Shown here: piece by piece, positions 62,901 to 64,000 of the stretch | Layout of the letters: each line of letters opens with the position of its first letter | How positions within the stretch are numbered: the stretch's first letter is position 1 | Assembly: GCA_051294375.1 (NCBI GenBank) | Contig: CM119267.1 | Coordinates: forward strand, 10,787,045-10,851,044 | Source: Paraspadella gotoi | Taxonomy: Eukaryota > Animalia > Chaetognatha | Direction of reading: 5' to 3' | DNA: 64,000 nucleotides | The notes under the pieces: generated by a model | What the model saw: only the letters and a program-made list of their open reading frames with translations | What the model was told of the DNA's origin: nothing | Database searches by the model: none | Program-made: the position numbers and the translations under genes

Positions 62901-63776
62901 CGTACTTTTGTAGCAGTCTTCTGTGGAAACGCTTTGAAGTTCCACCTTGGCCCTAACATTTCCCAATACGAGGAAGCCTTCCCAACTTTGCCATTTTTTT
63001 CCTCTCAACGCTTCAGCCAGGACGGAAAATCCTTGGGTTTTTAAAGACGTCGACCTGATAATCGAACCTCCAACCAACGGGAAAATATTGGCGAAATTCG
63101 GAGCGATACTCGTCGGCACAGAGTGGATCCACGAGACGGCGCAACCAATTTGGTCCTTATAGAGACTTGCAACGAGCGGCGGAAACAAGGATCGAAAAAA
63201 CGATTGAGCGAGTTGGTATGAAGATGTCTCGGCCGCGGCGCCCATGAAATCTTGGAGTTGCTCTTTCGTCGAAGGAGCGTCACCCACAAGAAACAAAAAG
63301 TTGTGCACGTATTGCGTATCGGCTGTTTTACGTCCTCCGCCGCCACTGCCGCCACCGCAACCGCCGGCAAGGCGTTTGGGGACCGAAATTTCGCGGCGCG
63401 ATTCGTCAGATTTACGCCAGGGAAAATCATGACCGATCTCTTTGAGAAGAATTTGATAAACGGCCGAAAGAGACGACGTCGAACGAGGGAGATCTTTGTC
63501 CGTTTCGCATTTGGCGGCAAAATCTTCCTCGAAGCGTTTGAAGATTTTCAAGTTGAACTCGAAAAACTCCCGACGTTTGAGGTGAGTTTTCCAGTGACGG
63601 CTGCGGAAGAAGAGGTAACCGAACTCTACGAAAGGAGTTGTATCGGAGGAGGCGGGAAGACTCTGGGAGAGGCAGGACAAAACCTTCAAGACACAGTCGC
63701 TGATCACAGTGACAGAGTCGGGAGAAACAGAGTCGCAGTCGATGGCGAAAACCGCCTGGAGTCGATTCTCCTCCAT
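59952..63776 (-). CDS. TICRR: Treslin (TopBP1-interacting replication initiation factor), intronless, 1274 aa
   Basis: N-terminal LKVLSCL..FGYLFFRS..FFEF..FKRFEEDF; Sld3/Treslin core REFEAQVVLRLE; KKVRRNLF cyclin motif; CDK-site motifs VTETPNHKQ and VIVESPIK; SP/TP-rich tail. Confidence 0.88.
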   Translation of the reverse strand: MEENRLQAVFAIDCDSVSPDSVTVISDCVLKVLSCLSQSLPASSDTTPFVEFGYLFFRSRHWKTHLKRREFFEFNLKIFKRFEEDFAAKCETDKDLPRSTSSLSAVYQILLKEIGHDFPWRKSDESRREISVPKRLAGGCGGGSGGGGRKTADTQYVHNFLFLVGDAPSTKEQLQDFMGAAAETSSYQLAQSFFRSLFPPLVASLYKDQIGCAVSWIHSVPTSIAPNFANIFPLVGGSIIRSTSLKTQGFSVLAEALRGKKWQSWEGFLVLGNVRAKVELQSVSTEDCYKSTKFVSKGLLTGSAFDLSALDCSRSLLCVSNSDDFLSLIATLKEKGAALLLEYDDYLGLLCPVKSSALIFPTRKRPTLQDDLSRSVAFESSAINLPSTLSRLRERLNDVSKPRTFLPLTPAQLAAKKRMFKGIDESRRSLNRSMHRRASSGIDRSLLLLEEGRRKSKEGDEFAKARNNSFTAGAGSPSSSQALSPAKEAKQKREALRLRRMRLYNCSETETIETIGINDEESLLIVMRSTYDVFLEEASPETWQTFDVDACNKMLCTIQALFNGSSRFFKFLSGSASSDTATLGFVERNFIKSKTDLRTKYAGKFDDVNLAKKSREFEAQVVLRLESESLYPSTKNRIDLAEEIVDFLRNRDPNYLKHLLNEFLLTNFLHLSPRLLIAVHELLFQPLPDILVVLTEEEDEPKAPADSDSDDELSSRLKQWQDNDLLAYDSNPSISALLSLQGSVAGSYVSNASNLSQGSSKTTFTRHSSMQQSSQRQIVVPAQKKGDKKRKPSRVEKRTPSKSLSQSCIIERTASALCPDSATKKVRRNLFEDQNAVVSSSKRILPSPGTHGSGRKGKRLNRTFTEGQTIPQTPPKANQRVLKDRTVTETPNHKQMPMNERLTILRRRMIERDGATQEEAQNFLAEMVIVESPIKSRSTADTPPNDSVCRLKLKTTVPGDQVDKVEKDSPATRASSLVRRRSFYTHDSDKNSRNFDKYLQSRDLADRIGGRKRRLFEGPLATSSRGAGNGDDSDRSLSRSLFDSESPVSSSRRLFADSTTLSLGTSNATTSLEDDVFESSKELKNISSKSLEKLLGVKEISSFTDENGFRTRSTEKTADNTDAGFDKWRRIKPRFGLHPSKTNSVVNSLFDDSSPVKASRKRELSPPGSPDLFMTPTKRAKVESRSNLASPPSKALRLNNLWGTDRSPSTFSPKPSVNAPLKSPPVGGDFLSPAKRVVGTMSPVMFSPIKTPTKSPSIASILHLVTSPMKSKHL

Positions 63777-64000
63777 TTCTATGGGTCCAAGTGAACATCC
63801 ATTTCATCTTTATCATAGCCTATTTAAAAAGCAAAAACAATGTTCACTTTCAATTTCAACCTTTCAATAAGTAAGCAGAAAATATTGACAAAACTATCAC
63901 GATGTGACTGTCAGAACTTTTTTAAAAAACGAAATAAATTTTTTTTGGAGTTAGAATGAATATTAAGTCCTTGGACAAAGAGTATGTAAGTCTTTAAATA

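Overview
This is animal (bilaterian invertebrate) genomic DNA with short GT-AG introns; the species cannot be identified from the sequence. The window has two very different halves. (1) 1-32.5 kb: one intronless Pax2/5/8 gene (+, 7533-9383) in a roughly 30 kb gene desert containing AT-rich transposon debris, two tRNA-derived SINEs and short GC-richer islands. This Pax2/5/8 unusually keeps a full-length but degenerate homeodomain. (2) 32.6-63.8 kb: 15 consecutive genes, almost all housekeeping, all on the minus strand (TICRR, ADAR1, FBXO7, a transposase-HTH-like orphan, NCBP1, SNAP29, RPE, SUGT1, DDX1, MRPL14, GEMIN6, PSMB3, a TGN38/KCT2-family gene, PMPCA, POLR2L). Stop-to-start gaps are 63-410 nt apart from one 2 kb gap, and unpaired splice acceptors sit just upstream of most start codons. 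This is the signature of very long eukaryotic operons resolved by spliced-leader trans-splicing. The 2 kb gap holds a candidate structured non-coding RNA. Exon boundaries were read by eye, and gene identities rest on recognised motifs, not database searches.
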